Origin: Candidatus Omnitrophota bacterium
GTDB taxonomy: Bacteria; Omnitrophota; Gorgyraeia; 2-01-FULL-45-10
DNA: 64,000 nucleotides
NCBI GenBank assembly: GCA_041650935.1
Contig: JBAZKH010000001.1
Coordinates: 219,337 to 283,336, forward strand
Direction: 5' to 3'
Both the position numbers and the translations under genes were made by a program. The notes beneath the pieces are model-generated. The model saw nothing but the letters and a program-made list of their open reading frames with translations, was not told where the DNA came from and did no database searches. The first letter of the stretch is position 1; each line of letters begins with the position of its first letter. Below, piece after piece: positions 52,187-62,725 of the stretch.

Positions 52187-52225
52187 ATTTTCTTGCCGGG
52201 TGAAAATTTCACCCGGCAAGAAAAT
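52187..52225 (+). terminator. 39-nt perfect palindrome immediately after the giant ORF stop (attttcttgccgggtgaaaatttcacccggcaagaaaat); likely bidirectional terminator
   Basis: Core cttgccgggtga...tcacccggcaag is identical to the leader palindrome at 23144-23167; convergent with thpR on the - strand. Confidence 0.6.
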
Positions 52226-52316
52226 ATTCAAATTTGGTGCCCGGGCAACCGGGATAAGGGAAGCCTTTCCCCCGAGTTAGGCGACCTTTATCCCGACCCG
52301 GGCGCTGTTTTTGTGT

Positions 52317-52895
52317 TTAGCAGGTGAATTTTGTTTCGTAGAGTTTTGTGTAGACCGGACCGGCGGGTGTCAGTTTACTGCGGAATAATATGACAGACTT
52401 TATTATTTCTTGCCCCTTGACCTTGCCGGGAAAGATCTCCTGGCCGGCAACGTCTCTTTCCCGGCAAGATTTCGCTTTCTCTTTCAACGCTTGTTTATTC
52501 TTCGGCGAACGGACGCGGCCGATAGTCAGGTGGGCGGTAAATGCCCTGGTCTCTTCCTGAAATCCCAGTTTTGACAGGCTTAGGTCTATCTTCTTCGCAA
52601 GCTCGGTCGATTCTTTTGCGCCTTTGTCTAAACCCACCCAGATCACCCTCGGGAACATGCCGATATCCTTTAATGAAATTTCGAACGGTTGTGTATCTTT
52701 TGCGATTGTATCGAGCGCCACCTTTACATCCGCGCACAGCTTTTCGTCGATCTCGCCCAGGAATTTTAAAGTGAGATGGATATTGTTCTTCTCGACCCAT
52801 TTGACGTCGGCGCCGGCGTATTTTAAGTGAGATTGGACCTGCGCGAGGGAATCTTTAATCTCTTCGGAGAGTTCGATGGCTATAAAAGTACGCAT
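52317..52895 (-). CDS. thpR: RNA 2',3'-cyclic phosphodiesterase (2H phosphoesterase, LigT/ThpR)
   Basis: Two H-x-T-x motifs (IHLTLKFLGE and AHLTIGRV), ~190 aa. Confidence 0.85.
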   Translation of the reverse strand: MRTFIAIELSEEIKDSLAQVQSHLKYAGADVKWVEKNNIHLTLKFLGEIDEKLCADVKVALDTIAKDTQPFEISLKDIGMFPRVIWVGLDKGAKESTELAKKIDLSLSKLGFQEETRAFTAHLTIGRVRSPKNKQALKEKAKSCRERDVAGQEIFPGKVKGQEIIKSVILFRSKLTPAGPVYTKLYETKFTC

Positions 52896-52912
52896 CTACT
52901 AAACCCTGCACC

Positions 52913-54145
52913 CTATATGTTTCGTCTGACTAAATTTAACACTTCTTGGGTTGTCTGGAATTTGATCTCTTCCCGCGTGCCTTTAAAACGGAATTCTTTA
53001 ATGACCTTCTTCCTGCCGATAGCGATCGCGGCATAGACCAGCCCGACCGGTTTTGCTATCGTCCCGCCGCCGGGGCCGGCAATACCGGTTATGGATACTC
53101 CGATGTCGCTTCCGGCCAAGAGCCTTATCCTGTCGGCCATCTCGAGCGCCACTTCCTGCGAAACCGCCCCGTAATTTTGCAAAGAATCGCCCGGGACACC
53201 GAGAATATTCTCTTTTATTGCATTAGAATAAGCGACGAGCCCCATGACGAAGTATTTCGAGCTTCCGGGGATGTTTGTAATGCGGTTTGCGAGTAGCCCG
53301 CCCGTACAGGATTCGGCAACGGCCAACGTTAGTTTCTTTCTGGTTAAGATCTTACCCAGGACGCTTTCGAGCGTATCGTCGTTATAGCCGAATATAAAGT
53401 CTTTCAGCCTTTCGCGGATCTTCGTCTTTATCCTTAAAATCGCGGCCGCGGCATCTTTTTCATTCCTGGCTTTCGCCATTATCCTTAGTTCCACCTGCCC
53501 GAGCTTCGCGTAAATCCCTACCGTGGTGGGAGGCTTCATCTTGAGGAGGCGCTTAACCGATTTATTCACCTGAGATTCGGCGTCGCCGGCCAGTTTGACC
53601 GTATACGACCTTATGACCCAGGTGCCCTTTGCCCGTTTCTTCAGATATGGGGCGATGCTGTTCTCGAACATGGGCTGGAGTTCTCTCGGAGGACCGGGAA
53701 GACATATAATTATCCTCCCGTTATACTTCGTGATCAGCCCCGGCGCTATACCGACTTTATTACGTACGTGCCGGACGCCTTTCGGGATATATGCCTGGCG
53801 CACGCTGGAGGTCAGAACCTTCAGCTTCCTTGTCCTGAAGTAATTTTCGAGGTCTTTCAGTATCCTGTGGTTAAGGACCATCCGCTTGCGGAGGAGCATC
53901 GATATCGTCTGGCTCGTAATATCGTCGACGGTAGGGCCGAGCCCGCCGGTCATTATCACTATATCGGAGCGTCCCGCGGCGAGCCTGATGGCTTCGAGAA
54001 GCCTTTTGCGGTTATCTCCTATGATAGAAGAGTGGTAGACGTCGATACCCAGCTCGGCGAGCTTCTGGGACAGGAAGGTGGCATTGGTATTAACTACGTG
54101 GCCCAGGAGCAACTCAGTGCCTATGGCTATTATTTCCGCGGTCAT
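52913..54145 (-). CDS. cinA: competence/damage-inducible protein CinA (MoCF-binding N-domain + PncC-type NMN deamidase C-domain)
   Basis: MTAEIIAIGTELLLG...TGGLGPTVDDIT N-domain and a C-terminal CinA domain. Confidence 0.9.
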   Translation of the reverse strand: MTAEIIAIGTELLLGHVVNTNATFLSQKLAELGIDVYHSSIIGDNRKRLLEAIRLAAGRSDIVIMTGGLGPTVDDITSQTISMLLRKRMVLNHRILKDLENYFRTRKLKVLTSSVRQAYIPKGVRHVRNKVGIAPGLITKYNGRIIICLPGPPRELQPMFENSIAPYLKKRAKGTWVIRSYTVKLAGDAESQVNKSVKRLLKMKPPTTVGIYAKLGQVELRIMAKARNEKDAAAAILRIKTKIRERLKDFIFGYNDDTLESVLGKILTRKKLTLAVAESCTGGLLANRITNIPGSSKYFVMGLVAYSNAIKENILGVPGDSLQNYGAVSQEVALEMADRIRLLAGSDIGVSITGIAGPGGGTIAKPVGLVYAAIAIGRKKVIKEFRFKGTREEIKFQTTQEVLNLVRRNI

Positions 54146-54256
54146 AGTACCAAATTATACACTGCGAATCGGCTGCGGAAAAGGAAAAAAATAAAATAAT
54201 TTGCAACAAATAGGCTCGCTTTTGCGTCTTTATAGGTGAGGGATGGGAAAATTGCT

Positions 54257-54285
54257 TTACATAAAGGAGGTGATAAATGTATAAT
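54257..54285 (+). promoter_or_regulatory. candidate recA promoter (TTACAT-15-TGnTATAAT extended -10)
   Basis: By eye; an AAGGGAG RBS lies 7 nt before the recA ATG. Confidence 0.4.
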
Positions 54286-54348
54286 ATAAGCTCAAAAAAC
54301 ACCTAATAGTTATAATATTGATAGTAAACCTAAAAAAGGGAGAAAGCG

Positions 54349-55410
54349 ATGGTAAAGACGAAGGCAAAAGAGCGGGAAGATGTTAAGGTTGAAAGGGATA
54401 CAACCGCAGAGGCGAAGGCAAAGATTCTCGAGCAGAAGACCAAGGCGCTTGACCTGGCGCTTGAACAGATAGAGAAACAGTTTGGTAAGGGCTCGATCAT
54501 GAAGCTCGGCCAGGACTTTAAGTTAGATGTGCCGGCTATTCCCACGGGTTCCGCCGCGGTCGATATAGCGCTTGGCGTAGGCGGTGTACCGCGCGGAAGG
54601 GTCATCGAGATATTCGGCCCGGAATCGAGCGGAAAGACGACACTTACCTTAAGTATAATATCGAATGCCCAGAGGGCGGGCGGACAGGCGGCATTCATCG
54701 ACGCCGAACACGCGTTCGATCCCGGCTATGCCAAGATAATCGGCGTAAATCTCGATAACCTCCTGATGTCTCAGCCGGATACGGGCGAACAGGCCCTCGA
54801 GATCGCGGAGACGCTGGTAAAATCGAACGCTGTCGATATTATCGTAATCGACTCTGTCGCCGCGCTCACTCCGAAAGCGGAGATAGAGGGCGAGATGGGG
54901 CAGTCGCACATGGGATTGCAGGCGAGGCTGATGAGCCACGCCCTGCGCAAACTTTCCGGCGCGATATCCAAGTCGAAGACGTGCGTCATATTCATCAACC
55001 AGATACGCGATAAGATCGGCGTCATGTTCGGTAACCCCGAGACGACGCCGGGCGGCAGAGCGCTTAAATTTTATGCCTCGGTGAGGATAGATTTGCGGCG
55101 CATCGCATCGCTCAAGAAGGATGATGTGGCCGTCGGTAACCGTGTAAGGGCATCGATAGTCAAAAATAAGGTCGCTCCGCCGTTCCGGAAAGCGGAATTC
55201 GACATAATGTTCGACGAGGGTATCTCCAGGGCGGGGAGCGTGCTCGACATGGCCGAGACGTACGGCGTGACGCAGAAGAGCGGCGCGTGGGTGACTTACG
55301 GTGAAGAGAAGATCGGCCAGGGCAAAGAGAATGCGCGGGTATTCTTAAAGGATAACCCGAAGGTTATGGCCAAGATCGAGAAGGAAGTGCTGGAAAAGGC
55401 GCTTAAGTAA
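54349..55410 (+). CDS. recA: recombinase RecA
   Basis: Walker [24 protein letters not shown], 353 aa. Confidence 0.97.
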   Translation: MVKTKAKEREDVKVERDTTAEAKAKILEQKTKALDLALEQIEKQFGKGSIMKLGQDFKLDVPAIPTGSAAVDIALGVGGVPRGRVIEIFGPESSGKTTLTLSIISNAQRAGGQAAFIDAEHAFDPGYAKIIGVNLDNLLMSQPDTGEQALEIAETLVKSNAVDIIVIDSVAALTPKAEIEGEMGQSHMGLQARLMSHALRKLSGAISKSKTCVIFINQIRDKIGVMFGNPETTPGGRALKFYASVRIDLRRIASLKKDDVAVGNRVRASIVKNKVAPPFRKAEFDIMFDEGISRAGSVLDMAETYGVTQKSGAWVTYGEEKIGQGKENARVFLKDNPKVMAKIEKEVLEKALK

Positions 55411-55448
55411 TAAGCTAAAATTCGAAATCCGAATGTCGAAATTAAACT

Positions 55449-55925
55449 TTGGAAAATAGTAAAATCAAAAAGAGGGCTCTAAATAATGCCTATGCGCTCC
55501 TGCGGCAGAGGCCGAGGAGCGAATTCGAGATACGCAGCCGCCTCAAGCTAAAAGGGTATAACGGTGAGGTAGTCGATCTTGTCGTAGAGGATCTGAGACG
55601 TCTCGGTGAGATCGACGACGCGAGATTTGCCAAGCTCTGGGTCGACAACCGTATGCACCTGAACCCGGTCGGCGATGTCATTCTCCGTCATGAGCTGAAG
55701 GCTAAGGGCGTAAACGAGGCGATAATCGAGGCCGCATTGGCAAAGAAGGCCGGTGAGTATGATGAGTACGGCCTGGCGCTTAATATGGCCCGCGAGCAAT
55801 TCGGCCGGTTCAAGAAACTGGATCGTAAGAAGGCATTGAAGCGGGTGTATGATTTTCTGCTCAGGCGCGGATTCAAATTCGAGACGGTGCAAAAGATTGT
55901 GGAAGATGTCGTAGGGGACGTTTAA
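55449..55925 (+). CDS. recX: regulatory protein RecX
   Basis: RecX repeat family immediately after recA; TTG start; stop codon embedded in hairpin ggggacgtttaaacgtcccc. Confidence 0.8.
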   Translation: MENSKIKKRALNNAYALLRQRPRSEFEIRSRLKLKGYNGEVVDLVVEDLRRLGEIDDARFAKLWVDNRMHLNPVGDVILRHELKAKGVNEAIIEAALAKKAGEYDEYGLALNMAREQFGRFKKLDRKKALKRVYDFLLRRGFKFETVQKIVEDVVGDV

Positions 55926-55950
55926 ACGTCCCCTACGATGTGGATAACTT
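55915..55950. repeat. 36-nt intergenic unit: perfect-palindrome hairpin ggggacgtttaaacgtcccc + tacgatgtggataactt (contains the TGTGGATAA 9-mer, the reverse complement of the DnaA box TTATCCACA)
   Basis: A near-identical copy lies at 58513-58550 after alaS; a variant lies at 62726-62765. Confidence 0.7.
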
Positions 55951-55951
55951 T

Positions 55952-58513
55952 ATGCGAACGGATGAAATACGACAATCATTCCTGGAGTTTTTCAAATCGA
56001 AGGGCCACGCTATAGTGCCGAGCGATTCGCTCGTGCCTAGGGACGACCCGACGCTTCTCTTTACCGGCGCCGGTATGAACCAGTTCAAGGAGAAGTTTCT
56101 CGGCCGCAACGTTACTTATCGCAGGGCGGCGTCGAGCCAGAAATGCCTGCGGACGGGCGATCTCGATAATGTCGGCAGGACGAGCGGCCATCATACTTTC
56201 TTCGAGATGCTCGGTAACTTCTCTTTCGGCGATTACTTCAAGAAAGAGGCGATCGGCTGGGCGTGGGAATATTTTACGCGGGTCCTGCGGATCGATCCGG
56301 ATAGATTATGGGCCTCTGTCTACAAAGATGATAAAGAGGCGTATGGCATCTGGAGGGATACGATAAAGATCGCCGAAAACAGGATTATGAAGTTCGGGGA
56401 GAAGGATAATTTCTGGCCGTCCGAAGCTCCGACAAAGGGCCCCAACGGGCCGTGCGGGCCATGTTCAGAGATATTTTACGATTACGGCAAGGATGTCGGC
56501 TGTGGTAAGGCGGGGTGTACCCCAGCCTGCGATTGCGGCAGGTTCGTTGAAGTGTGGAACATGGTATTTACGCAGTTCGATAGGCAGTCCGACGGTACAT
56601 TGAAGCCGCTCCCGGCTAAGAATATCGATACCGGCATGGGGCTCGAGCGCCTCGCTTCGGTGATGCAGGGTGTTAAGACTAATTTCGAGATAGATATATT
56701 CGCGGCGCTGGCGAGTGAGATAGAAAAGATAGCGGGTCACCAGTTACCAGTTGCCAGTCACCAGTCTAAGGTAAATGCCATTGCCGACCATATCCGCGCG
56801 GTGACGTTCTGTATAGCCGACGGTGTAATGCCGTCGAATGAGGAACGCGGATATGTCGTAAGGAAGCTGATCCGCCGGGCGATGCTGCATGGCCGCGACA
56901 TCGGGATCGAAAAACCCGCGTTCTATAAACTCGTCGGTGTCGTAGCCGATGTCATGAAAGGGCAGTACCCGGAGATGAAGCCGCGGCACGAGGAGATAGC
57001 GCAGATAGTAAAGCGGGAGGAAGAGCTCTTTTTGAACGTGGTGGCCACGCAGCTTCCCAGGGTCGAGGAGGCGTTTGCCCAGGTTTCGGGCAGGGGCAAG
57101 ATCGATAAGGCGGATGTGGCAGCGCTTGCGTTCAATTTTTACGATACGTACGGGATGCCATACGACCTGCTGGAAGATATTGCCGAAAAACTTAAATTGA
57201 TAATAGATAAAGATGCCTTCGAAGGATTGCTGGAGAAACAGCGCGAGCAGTCCCGCTCCAGGACGAAGATAAAAGGCGAGATATTCTCCGAGACGTTTGC
57301 TAAAAGAGTCGAGGCGCTGGGACTTAAAACGGAATTTTTAGGATATGAGAAGGCGCACGCCGAGGCCAAGGTCGTCGCGGTGCTCGAAGGCGGCGAAGTG
57401 ATACTCGACAGGACGCCGTTCTACGGCGAGTCGGGCGGGCAGGCCGGCGACTGGGGTCGTATCGAGACGCCGTCGGGTGCCATGGAGGTCGAGGATGCGA
57501 AGAAGATTGCCTATACGATAGTCCATATCGGCAAGGTTCTTCGCGGCAAGATCGTGAAGGGCGAAACGGCAAAAGTTTCGATAGATGAAGGTGTCCGTAA
57601 AAAAGTAGCGGCCAATCATACAGCGACGCATCTTTTACAGGCTGCGTTAAGAAAAGTTTTAGGCGAGCACGTCCATCAGACGGGTTCATTAGTAGACAGC
57701 GGGCACTTAAGGTTCGATTTTACCCACATGAAGAAGATGGAAGAGCGTGAGGTCGCGCGCGTCGAGGAGCTTGTCAATGAGTGGATAAAAGCCGGCCACG
57801 CCGTTTCGAAGAAGATAGAGAATCTCGAATCTGCCAGGGGCGAAGGTGCGATGGCATTATTCGGCGAGAAATATGAGGAAAAGGTGCGCGTCGTAACCGT
57901 AAAAGATATCTCGAAGGAGCTTTGCGGCGGCACGCACGTCGACAATACGCGGGATATAGGGATATTTAAGATTACAAGCGAAAGCTCGATCGCCTCCGGG
58001 GTGCGCAGGATAGAAGCGTTTACCGGCGCCGGCGCGGATAAGTGGATGGAAAGACAGCGTGAAATCCAAAATTCAAAAATAAAAGCCGAAAAAGAGAAAG
58101 CGGAAGAACGGAAGATGATGACGGCGCGTCTTGAAGAAGCCTCTGCCGGTATCGATGGGATACTGGCCGGGGCAAAAGCCGCCGGCGGCGCGAAGATTAT
58201 AGTAAAGAGACTCGAGGGTATGAATATCGAGAGCCTCCGGGTTTTGGCGGACAGGATAAAAACTAAAGAAGGTTCGGCGGTTATTATTCTTGCTACAACA
58301 GGTGACGATAAGGTATCTTTCATAGTCTCGGTTAGCGAGGGCTTGTCCAAAAAAGGTTTAAGCGCCGGTGCGCTTGCTAAAGAGCTTGCTGTGTTGATAG
58401 GCGGCTCGGGCGGCGGTAAGCCGCTCTTTGCGCAGGGCGGCGGTAAGGATGCTGCCGGCCTTGAGAAAGCGCTGGAGCAGATAAGAGACAGTATCGCGAA
58501 TAAGCAAACGTAG
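55952..58513 (+). CDS. alaS: alanine--tRNA ligase
   Basis: Class II aaRS motifs (FEMLGNFSFGDYFK), editing domain HxxxH/CxxxH (HTATHLL...CGGTHV) and C-terminal DHHA1-like; ATG at 55952 preferred over the GTG at 55940. Confidence 0.95.
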   Translation: MRTDEIRQSFLEFFKSKGHAIVPSDSLVPRDDPTLLFTGAGMNQFKEKFLGRNVTYRRAASSQKCLRTGDLDNVGRTSGHHTFFEMLGNFSFGDYFKKEAIGWAWEYFTRVLRIDPDRLWASVYKDDKEAYGIWRDTIKIAENRIMKFGEKDNFWPSEAPTKGPNGPCGPCSEIFYDYGKDVGCGKAGCTPACDCGRFVEVWNMVFTQFDRQSDGTLKPLPAKNIDTGMGLERLASVMQGVKTNFEIDIFAALASEIEKIAGHQLPVASHQSKVNAIADHIRAVTFCIADGVMPSNEERGYVVRKLIRRAMLHGRDIGIEKPAFYKLVGVVADVMKGQYPEMKPRHEEIAQIVKREEELFLNVVATQLPRVEEAFAQVSGRGKIDKADVAALAFNFYDTYGMPYDLLEDIAEKLKLIIDKDAFEGLLEKQREQSRSRTKIKGEIFSETFAKRVEALGLKTEFLGYEKAHAEAKVVAVLEGGEVILDRTPFYGESGGQAGDWGRIETPSGAMEVEDAKKIAYTIVHIGKVLRGKIVKGETAKVSIDEGVRKKVAANHTATHLLQAALRKVLGEHVHQTGSLVDSGHLRFDFTHMKKMEEREVARVEELVNEWIKAGHAVSKKIENLESARGEGAMALFGEKYEEKVRVVTVKDISKELCGGTHVDNTRDIGIFKITSESSIASGVRRIEAFTGAGADKWMERQREIQNSKIKAEKEKAEERKMMTARLEEASAGIDGILAGAKAAGGAKIIVKRLEGMNIESLRVLADRIKTKEGSAVIILATTGDDKVSFIVSVSEGLSKKGLSAGALAKELAVLIGGSGGGKPLFAQGGGKDAAGLEKALEQIRDSIANKQT

Positions 58514-58550
58514 GGGACGTTTAAACATCCCCTGCGTTGTGGATAACTTC
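58513..58550. repeat. second copy of the hairpin + TGTGGATAACTT unit (ggggacgtttaaacatcccc-tgcgttgtggataactt)
   Basis: Direct repeat of 55915-55950 with 3 mismatches; overlaps the alaS stop codon and precedes the hisD RBS. Confidence 0.7.
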
Positions 58551-58563
58551 AGGGAGATATGAC

Positions 58564-59784
58564 ATGAAATTAGTCAAGGTTGGAAGCAAGAGTTTTAACA
58601 AACTTTGCGAACGTAATTCCGGCCGCAATAAACGCGTTACGGAGAGCGTGCGCAAGATCCTCGAGAACGTAAAAGTCAGCGGTGACGAGGCGCTCATAAA
58701 TTATACGAAGAAGTTCGACAATGTAAAACTCTCCGCCAAAGACCTTAGAGTGTCGGCATGCGAAACCTCCGGCGCTTATCAGGACATAAAGCCGGAATTT
58801 GTCTCGACGCTTAAGGTTGTCCTGGAGAACGTCCAGAAATTTTACAAAAAACAACTTAAGAAATCCTGGAAGATAAAAGATGCTGACGGCGTGCTTTTGG
58901 GTGAGCAGATAACACCGCTCGAGCGTGTCGGTGTCTATGTGCCGAGCGGGACGGTGCCATTAGTCTCCAGCGTCTACATGACCGTGATACCGGCGAAGAT
59001 GGCGGGGGTGAAGAAGATAGTGCTTATGACGCCGCCGAACGAGTACAAGTCCGTAGATCCGCATATCCTTGTAGTCGCCGATCTTCTCAAAGTTGACGAG
59101 ATCTATAAGGTGGGCGGCGCCCAGGCGATAGGGGCGCTTGCCTTCGGTACCCGAAGCGTGCCTAAGGTCGATAAGATAGTCGGGCCGGGCAATGCCTACG
59201 TTACCGAGGCGAAGAGGCAGGTCTTCGGTTACTGCGATATCGATATGCTTGCGGGTCCGACGGAGGTTGTGATAATCGCGAACCAGCAGTCGAATATAAA
59301 TTTCATTAAGGCGGATCTCGAGGCCCAGGCCGAGCATTTTATGGGGCTCTCGATACTTATAACAAATTCAAAGCGGCTGGCGCGTATACTCAAGAAGGAG
59401 AATATCCGCGGTTATGTGATCTTGGTCAAAAATATGGACGAGGCGGCCGATGTTGCTAACAGCCTGGCGGCGGAGCACCTGCAGATATTGATCAATAATC
59501 CCAAGAAGGTCGCCAAGAGGATATCCAATGCCGGCGCGATATTCTTAGGGCCGTACACGCCGGTCGCTGTCGGCGATTATGTCGCGGGCCCCAGCCACGT
59601 ATTACCGACGGGTGGAAGCGCGCGCTTCTTCTCGGGCCTCGGCGTATCCGATTTCTACAAGAGTTCGCATATAATTTCGTATACAAGGAAAGCGCTCGAG
59701 AAGGTGCGCGAACCTTTGGAGAAGGTGGCGGGGATAGAGAGGCTTACCAAGCACTTAGACTCAGTGAAGGTAAGGTTTGAATAA
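58564..59784 (+). CDS. hisD: histidinol dehydrogenase
   Basis: GPGNAYVTEAKRQVFG, CDIDMLAGPTEV, HD Zn-binding motifs; ATG with an AGGGAG RBS preferred over the TTG at 58537. Confidence 0.9.
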   Translation: MKLVKVGSKSFNKLCERNSGRNKRVTESVRKILENVKVSGDEALINYTKKFDNVKLSAKDLRVSACETSGAYQDIKPEFVSTLKVVLENVQKFYKKQLKKSWKIKDADGVLLGEQITPLERVGVYVPSGTVPLVSSVYMTVIPAKMAGVKKIVLMTPPNEYKSVDPHILVVADLLKVDEIYKVGGAQAIGALAFGTRSVPKVDKIVGPGNAYVTEAKRQVFGYCDIDMLAGPTEVVIIANQQSNINFIKADLEAQAEHFMGLSILITNSKRLARILKKENIRGYVILVKNMDEAADVANSLAAEHLQILINNPKKVAKRISNAGAIFLGPYTPVAVGDYVAGPSHVLPTGGSARFFSGLGVSDFYKSSHIISYTRKALEKVREPLEKVAGIERLTKHLDSVKVRFE

Positions 59785-59888
59785 ATTCGAAATACGAATA
59801 TCTAAATTCTAAACAAATACGAATTTTGATTAGAATTTGTTTAGGATTTCGGATTTAGAATTTCGAAATTACATCGGGAGAATACGAT
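59785..59888. promoter_or_regulatory. 104-nt AT-rich imperfect palindromic spacer between hisD and hisB, bounded by AAATTCGAAAT / AATTTCGAAATT
   Basis: The left half (aaattcgaaatacgaatatctaaattctaaacaaat) is roughly reverse-complementary to the right half (atttgtttaggatttcggatttagaatttcgaaatt). Confidence 0.45.
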
Positions 59889-60494
59889 ATGGCTAAGAAG
59901 ATGCGCGGCGCTAATATCAAGCGTAAGACAACAGAAACCGATATCTCCGGCAAGCTCGTTATCGACGGCGCCGGCAAGACTGCTATAGATACCGGGATAG
60001 GCTTTCTCAACCACATGCTGACGTTATTTGCTTTTCACGGGTTATTTGACCTGACGCTGAAGGCGAAAGGCGATCTGAAGGTCGATATGCACCACACGAA
60101 TGAGGATGTGGCGATATGCCTTGGCAAGGCTTTTAAGGCGGCTCTCGGTGACTGCAAGGGGATTAAGCGCTACGGGTCCAGGGAGGTGCCGATGGACCTT
60201 GCCGCGGCAAAAGTCATGATCGATATCGGCGGGAGATACGCCTTTGTCTGGAAGGTGCCGCCATATTCGGGCACATCTGCCGCCGAAGGTTACGCGATAG
60301 ATGACGGCAAGGATTTTCTCGATACGTTCGCCAAGAACGCCAATATAAATCTCCATGCGGAGGTCTATTCGGGCCGGGATACCCACCATGTGCTCGAGGC
60401 TATATTCAAGGCGCTCGGGATCGCGCTCGACGAAGCGACGCAGATAGATGCGCGCCGCAAAGGAGTACCGTCGACGAAGGGGACTATTGACTGA
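59889..60494 (+). CDS. hisB: imidazoleglycerol-phosphate dehydratase
   Basis: IGPD motifs D.HHxxE (DMHHTNEDVAI) and HH..E. Confidence 0.92.
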   Translation: MAKKMRGANIKRKTTETDISGKLVIDGAGKTAIDTGIGFLNHMLTLFAFHGLFDLTLKAKGDLKVDMHHTNEDVAICLGKAFKAALGDCKGIKRYGSREVPMDLAAAKVMIDIGGRYAFVWKVPPYSGTSAAEGYAIDDGKDFLDTFAKNANINLHAEVYSGRDTHHVLEAIFKALGIALDEATQIDARRKGVPSTKGTID

Positions 60495-60597
60495 GATAGA
60501 GTTTAGGTCGTAGCTCGTAGCTCATAGGTCATAGGAAATAATTTTCTATAACCTGCCGCCTAAGAGCTATGAGCTAAGCGGTGAGTTTGAGGGCGAT

Positions 60598-61251
60598 ATG
60601 ATTGCAGTCATCGACTACGGTATGGGAAACTTGCGCAGTGTCCAGAAGGCGCTGGAGATCTCCGGGGCGCGGACGGTTATTACCTCGTCGCCGCGGGAGA
60701 TCAAAAGATGCGCTAAGATCGTATTCCCCGGCGTCGGCGCATTCGGCGAATCGATGAAGGAGCTTAAGCGGCGCGGGCTCGTCGGGCCGATAAAGGACGC
60801 GATAGGCGCGAGCAAGCCGTTTCTCGGGTTATGTTTGGGGCTGCAGCTCTTATTCGAGAAGAGCCAGGAGTCGCCGGGCGTCAAGGGGCTCTGCGTATTC
60901 GAAGGTGAATCCAAACGATTTTGCTTCATGCGCAACACTCTCAAAGTGCCCCATATGGGCTGGAATAATATCAAAGTTACCCCTGCCCATGAGACAAACG
61001 GCGGGGCAGAGATGTCGCCGGGCTGCCGGTCCGGCGGGATATTGAAAGGTATTCCTAAAGATGCATACATGTATTTTGTCCATTCGTATTACGTTGTGCC
61101 GGAGGACAAGAGCATGATACTTACGACGACAGGTTACGGCATCAATTTCGTATCCGGAATTTGTAAAGATAATGTCTACGGATTCCAGTTCCATCCCGAA
61201 AAGAGCCAGGACCTGGGATTAAGGATACTTAAAAATTTCGTGAGGTTATAA
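60598..61251 (+). CDS. hisH: imidazole glycerol phosphate synthase, glutamine amidotransferase subunit
   Basis: Class I GATase: GLCLGLQ catalytic Cys and FHPEKS. Confidence 0.92.
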   Translation: MIAVIDYGMGNLRSVQKALEISGARTVITSSPREIKRCAKIVFPGVGAFGESMKELKRRGLVGPIKDAIGASKPFLGLCLGLQLLFEKSQESPGVKGLCVFEGESKRFCFMRNTLKVPHMGWNNIKVTPAHETNGGAEMSPGCRSGGILKGIPKDAYMYFVHSYYVVPEDKSMILTTTGYGINFVSGICKDNVYGFQFHPEKSQDLGLRILKNFVRL

Positions 61252-61982
61252 TGCTGGTCATTCCCGCTATAGATATCAGGGGCGGCAAGGTCGTCAGGCT
61301 TACCCAGGGCATGGCTGATAAAGAGACGGTATATTCCGAAGCTCCGGTCGAGATCGCCGAGATATGGTCGTCGCTCGGCGCCGGCATGATACATATAGTC
61401 GACCTCGACGGCGCGTTGCAGGGCGAGCTGAAGAACCTGAAAGTGGTAAGCCGGATCGTACAGGCTGTGGAGAGCGAAGTCGAGCTCGGCGGCGGTATAC
61501 GTGATATCGAAACGATAGAGCGGGTGCTCGATGCGGGCGTGCAGCGGGTGTGCATAGGCACAAAAGCGCTCGATACCAAATTCCTGGCGGCTATCTCAAA
61601 GAGTGACTTCAGGCGGACCGTTGTTGTGGCAATCGATGCAAAAGAAGGCTTTGTCCACACCAAGGGCTGGGTCAACAAGACCGACGTCAAAGCCGTGGAC
61701 CTTGTTAAGGAAGTCGCCGACTTCGGTATTGCCACGGTAAATTATACGGATATTTCGAAGGATGGCATGCTCGAAGGGCCGAATCTGCGCAGCTTAAAAG
61801 AGCTGCTGGCTACAGCGCATGTAGATGTAGTGGCGGCAGGCGGTATTACAACTATCGACGATGTAAAGCGGCTGAAGGCGCTGGAGCGGGACGGTTTGAA
61901 AGGTATGATTATAGGTAAAGCTTTATACGAGGGTAAGATCGATCTGGAAGAGGCTATGAAGATATGCTTACAAAAAGAATAA
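61251..61982 (+). CDS. hisA: ProFAR isomerase (1-(5-phosphoribosyl)-5-[(5-phosphoribosylamino)methylideneamino]imidazole-4-carboxamide isomerase)
   Basis: [17 protein letters not shown]; (beta/alpha)8 HisA family. Confidence 0.92.
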   Translation: MLVIPAIDIRGGKVVRLTQGMADKETVYSEAPVEIAEIWSSLGAGMIHIVDLDGALQGELKNLKVVSRIVQAVESEVELGGGIRDIETIERVLDAGVQRVCIGTKALDTKFLAAISKSDFRRTVVVAIDAKEGFVHTKGWVNKTDVKAVDLVKEVADFGIATVNYTDISKDGMLEGPNLRSLKELLATAHVDVVAAGGITTIDDVKRLKALERDGLKGMIIGKALYEGKIDLEEAMKICLQKE

Positions 61983-62719
61983 TCCCGTGCCTCGACATAA
62001 AAGACGGCAGAGTCGTCAAAGGCGTTAATTTCGTAAATCTTCGCGATGCCGGCGGCGCCGTCGAGAACGCCAGGTTCTACGATAAAGCCGGCGCCGACGA
62101 GCTCGTCTTCCTGGATATAACGGCAAGCTGCGAAAAAAGAAAGACGACGCTTGGACTTGCCAGAGAGGTTGCCGAAAGCGTCTTTCTCCCGTTCACCGTC
62201 GGCGGCGGTATCCGGACGATAAATGATATCAGGGACCTTCTTAGCGCGGGCTGTGACAAGGTCTCCATAAATACCGCGGCGGTTAAGGATCCGCAGTTTG
62301 TAAAAAAAGCGGCAACCAGGTTTGGCAGCCAGTGCATAGTCGTTGCGATAGACGCAAGACGCGCAACGCGCAAATGGGAAGTCTACATTAACGGCGGCCG
62401 GACGCCGACAGGGCTCGATGCGGTCGGGTGGGCGAAAACGGTTGAGCGTCTGGGCGCGGGTGAGATACTTTTGACGAGCATGGACTATGACGGGACGAAA
62501 GCGGGTTACGATATCCCGCTGACCAGGCGGATAAGCGCGCAGGTGGGTATCCCGGTGATCGCTTCCGGCGGCGCCGGGTCGCTCGAGCATCTCTGCGAGG
62601 CGCTGACGAAAGGTAAGGCCGACGCGGTCCTCGCCGCGTCGATATTCCATTTCAGGGAACATACGGTGCGTGAAGCTAAAGAGTATTTAAGCAAGCGGAG
62701 AGTGAGTGTCAGGCTGTAG
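61964..62719 (+). CDS. hisF: imidazole glycerol phosphate synthase, cyclase subunit
   Basis: [25 protein letters not shown] motifs. Confidence 0.95.
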   Translation: MLTKRIIPCLDIKDGRVVKGVNFVNLRDAGGAVENARFYDKAGADELVFLDITASCEKRKTTLGLAREVAESVFLPFTVGGGIRTINDIRDLLSAGCDKVSINTAAVKDPQFVKKAATRFGSQCIVVAIDARRATRKWEVYINGGRTPTGLDAVGWAKTVERLGAGEILLTSMDYDGTKAGYDIPLTRRISAQVGIPVIASGGAGSLEHLCEALTKGKADAVLAASIFHFREHTVREAKEYLSKRRVSVRL

Positions 62720-62725
62720 AAGACA

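Noticed and set aside
52001-52327. Short ORFs on both strands (76 and 87 aa) sharing the peptide FLPGE(N/I)FTRQEN
   Set aside because: They are translations of the two arms of the 39-nt palindromic terminator after the giant ORF. The mirrored peptides are an artefact of the palindrome.
61742-62662. 306-aa ORF on the - strand
   Set aside because: Antisense across hisA/hisF; a shadow ORF.
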